Assembly: GCA_963786955.1 (NCBI GenBank)
Contig: CAWBAT010000004.1
Coordinates: 704,001 to 768,000 of the forward strand
DNA: 64,000 bases
Direction of reading: 5' to 3'
DNA from: an uncultured Acidimicrobiia bacterium
Lineage (GTDB): Bacteria; Acidobacteriota; Terriglobia; Versatilivoradales; Versatilivoraceae
Shown: one piece after another, positions 61,450 to 64,000 of the stretch
Position numbering within the stretch: position 1 is the first letter of the stretch
Layout of the letters: each line of letters starts with the position of its first letter
Made by a program: the position numbers and the translations under genes
Notes under the pieces: generated by a model
Told to the model about the DNA's origin: nothing
The model's input: the letters and a program-made list of their open reading frames with translations, nothing else
Databases searched by the model: none

Positions 61450-62862
61450 ATGCGAAAAAAATCAGTACCGAGCGGAAACACCCAGATCAAGTTATCCCCT
61501 GGCAGATTTCAGGCGGCGAATCACGCAAGCTCGCCCCTCGTCATTTTTCGGGGGGTCCTTGAAGACCCAATCGTGGCTCACTTTTTAGAGTTACTGAGGT
61601 TGCTCGAAAAGGATGGGAAATGGAGCCCGAAGAGAATCAGGAAGATTGGGGAATCTTACGCTGGATTCTTCTCTGGACTCGCACGCTTGTCACAGGACAG
61701 CCTAGAACCAACCATGGGAACAGTCTGGCAAGATCATCTGCTCAATCTGATCCTGGACAATGAGAACCCATTCAGCCAATCAGCCGCCAAAAATTGTAAA
61801 CTCGAAGAGCAGGGCTCTTTAACGCAGCAGGTTAGATTGGACTTGCGAAAACTCCGGGAGCTTTATCAGCTTAATTCGGAACAACTCTTGAGCCATCTTC
61901 GTGCGATGCCCGCCAAAATGGAATGGGTTCAATGGGACAAGTTCTCAGCGGTCGAGGGAAAGGGAGCCTCAGACGCTTCGCGACAGTTCATTAAAAAGGA
62001 ATTCCATACCCATGAGGATTGGGAAAGTCTCGTGGAACCGCTCCGAGATTATTACCTTCACTCAGGCGTCGGGATTTTTGGCCGATTTCGGGCATTTCAC
62101 TGGAAGCGAACTCCCAAGGGTGGAGTCATCCTTCCCATCCCAGAGCCGGATCCTATTTGCTTTGCGGATCTCATTGGATATGATGATCAGAAGCAACTGC
62201 TCCTTCAGAACACTGCCTTCTTCCTATCCGGCTACCCCGCCAATAATGTCTTCATTTACGGGGATCGCGGGACAGGGAAATCCTCTGCGATCAAAGCTCT
62301 TCTGCACCAATACCCGGACCGACCGTTGAGAATGCTGGAGATTTCCCGCGAGGATCTCTTCGACCTTCCGGACGTCATGAACACCTTGCGAGCCAGACCT
62401 GAGTTTTTCGTGGTCTTCATTGACGACCTGTCTTTTGAAGAAGGAGAGACCCAATATAAGACCTTAAAGGCTGTCCTCGAAGGCGGTCTCGAAGCCCGCC
62501 CTAGAAATGTTGTTGTCTATGCCACTTCAAATCGGCGACATTTGATCAAGGAGAGCTTCTCCGACCGGAGACTGGAAAGCGATGGGGAAATCCGATCTCA
62601 AGACACGCTGCAAGAAAAAGTGTCTCTGTCCGATCGTTTTGGAATCCAATTGGTTTTTGTCGCGCCGGACCAGGATGAGTTTCTGCACATTGTTCGATCC
62701 ATGGCTCAGCGCCGACAGCTTCCTATTGCCGAAGATGTTCTAAAGCGTAAAGCTCTCCTCTGGGTGCAGCGCCATAATACACGCTGTGGGCGAACAGCCC
62801 GGCAGTTTGTGGACTACTTGGAAGGGGAGATGGGAACGGCGACAATTCAGGGAAATCCCTGA
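61450..62862 (+). CDS. AAA+ ATPase, DUF815 family
   Basis: PANNV..YGDRGTGKSS, IDDLSFE, YATSNRRHL, EKVSLSDRFG, GRTARQF. Confidence 0.88.
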   Translation: MRKKSVPSGNTQIKLSPGRFQAANHASSPLVIFRGVLEDPIVAHFLELLRLLEKDGKWSPKRIRKIGESYAGFFSGLARLSQDSLEPTMGTVWQDHLLNLILDNENPFSQSAAKNCKLEEQGSLTQQVRLDLRKLRELYQLNSEQLLSHLRAMPAKMEWVQWDKFSAVEGKGASDASRQFIKKEFHTHEDWESLVEPLRDYYLHSGVGIFGRFRAFHWKRTPKGGVILPIPEPDPICFADLIGYDDQKQLLLQNTAFFLSGYPANNVFIYGDRGTGKSSAIKALLHQYPDRPLRMLEISREDLFDLPDVMNTLRARPEFFVVFIDDLSFEEGETQYKTLKAVLEGGLEARPRNVVVYATSNRRHLIKESFSDRRLESDGEIRSQDTLQEKVSLSDRFGIQLVFVAPDQDEFLHIVRSMAQRRQLPIAEDVLKRKALLWVQRHNTRCGRTARQFVDYLEGEMGTATIQGNP

Positions 62863-62900
62863 TTGCAGCAGCCGGTTTTTGGCGAGGCGGTTCCCCCGAC

Positions 62901-64000
62901 TTAGCTCTTGAGGACCAGTTTCTTGCTGAGATAATACTTGGTCACGTACTCCGCCACCATCCGATCGGTGTTATAGATGGGAATAAGTGTCTGCATGCTT
63001 CGGCGAACCTTTTCAATCCACCCGCGCGGAATGCCCTGATCGTCGCGATTGAAGAAAAGTGGAATAACATGGTCGAACAATGCTTGATAAAGCCAATCGG
63101 CGTCTGCCACATCCTGAGCCTCTGGATCGTCGGCTGAGGCATCCTCCCCAATCGCCCACCCATTGGAACCGTCGAATCCTTCCCGCCACCACCCATCCAA
63201 CACGCTCAAATTCAAGCCGCCATGAACCGCCACTTTCTGACCGCTGGTCCCGCTGGCTTCCAGCGGCCGACGTGGCGTGTTGAGCCAAACATCGGCTCCT
63301 GAGATCAGATAGCGAGCCACGTGAATGTCATAATTCTCCAGGAACACGACTTTCCCGAAAAAATCATTGCGCTTGGTCATTTCCTGAATTTGCTGGAGGA
63401 ACTCTTTTCCTTTGTCGTCGCGAGGGTGCGCCTTACCGGAAAACAGCAACTGGACAGGCTTTTCGTGGTCGTTAAAAAGGGCAACCGCCTTGGCCATATC
63501 TCGAAAAATGAGGGGAGCGCGCTTATAAGATGCAAACCTTCGAGCAAAACCAATCGTGAGCGCATCTGGAGAAAGGATCCTTTCAAAGATACGAGCCCCA
63601 TCCCCGCCCACCCGGAGATATTGGTCTCGTAACCGTTTTCTGGCAAATTCCACGAGCTCCCTCCGCAAGGTATAACGAAGGGACCAGATTTCTTCGTCTG
63701 AAATCATTTCCCGGTCTGAAACAATCTTCCAAAGATCTGGATACATCAGACGCGTTTCCCAATCGGGACCGAGGTGTGTCTTCCAGAATCGCCGAGTCGG
63801 GCGAGTCATCCAACCTCGCACATGCACCCCGTTGGTAATATGGCCGATCGGGGCCGCCCGAGAGGTCTTACTGTTACGCAGATCCTTCCACATCTCCCGG
63901 CTGACTTCACCGTGGAGTTCACTGACCGCATTAGCGGCGCGGGACATTCGCAACGCCAAGACAGTCATGCAGAAACTTTCCAACGAATCTTCGGGATTGA
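62901..64000 (-). CDS. glgP: Alpha-glucan phosphorylase, C-terminal part (continues beyond window)
   Basis: ITNGVH, GFARRFASYKR, GKAHPRD, EASGTSGQK PLP-lysine motif, DGWW. Confidence 0.93.
   Translation of the reverse strand, partial: NPEDSLESFCMTVLALRMSRAANAVSELHGEVSREMWKDLRNSKTSRAAPIGHITNGVHVRGWMTRPTRRFWKTHLGPDWETRLMYPDLWKIVSDREMISDEEIWSLRYTLRRELVEFARKRLRDQYLRVGGDGARIFERILSPDALTIGFARRFASYKRAPLIFRDMAKAVALFNDHEKPVQLLFSGKAHPRDDKGKEFLQQIQEMTKRNDFFGKVVFLENYDIHVARYLISGADVWLNTPRRPLEASGTSGQKVAVHGGLNLSVLDGWWREGFDGSNGWAIGEDASADDPEAQDVADADWLYQALFDHVIPLFFNRDDQGIPRGWIEKVRRSMQTLIPIYNTDRMVAEYVTKYYLSKKLVLKS

Noticed and set aside
1-64000. CRISPR array, rRNA or cobalamin riboswitch
   Set aside because: No regularly spaced direct repeats, rRNA-like sequence or B12-box motif recognised by eye; an Rfam scan would be needed to exclude them fully.

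Overview
Bacterial chromosome segment, most likely Acidobacteriota (inferred from a VWA protein of the Acidobacterial type and secreted carboxypeptidase-regulatory-domain proteins). From left to right it holds: a hybrid kinase/NtrC signalling operon; a LysW carrier-protein amino-acid biosynthesis cluster (lysW-lysX-lysY-two secreted proteins-lysZ, with lysW missing from the ORF track); and an 8-gene cobalamin-dependent methyl-transfer operon with a divergent FadR/GntR regulator and purU. That operon encodes a hypothetical protein, an MtaA/CmuA-family methyltransferase, a corrinoid protein, a small Cys-rich protein, a RACo activator, a MetF-MetV fusion, an AcsE-like methyltransferase and a 'virulence factor'-domain protein, and a palindromic operator sits on its promoter. 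Further on are glycan-related genes, an alpha-2-macroglobulin, uup, a sugar porter/UroD-family/SDR/M24 cluster, a patch of foreign-looking DNA next to tRNA-Arg(CCG), a sugar dehydrogenase beside a heptaheme cytochrome, thiE, accCB, pilMNOPQ and a partial glucan phosphorylase. Intergenic regions carry several REP-like palindromes and MITE-like elements. The best candidate for an undescribed system is the methyl-transfer/purU locus, which looks like a pathway oxidising an unknown methyl donor to formate via tetrahydrofolate. All product calls come from motif recognition by eye, not database searches.
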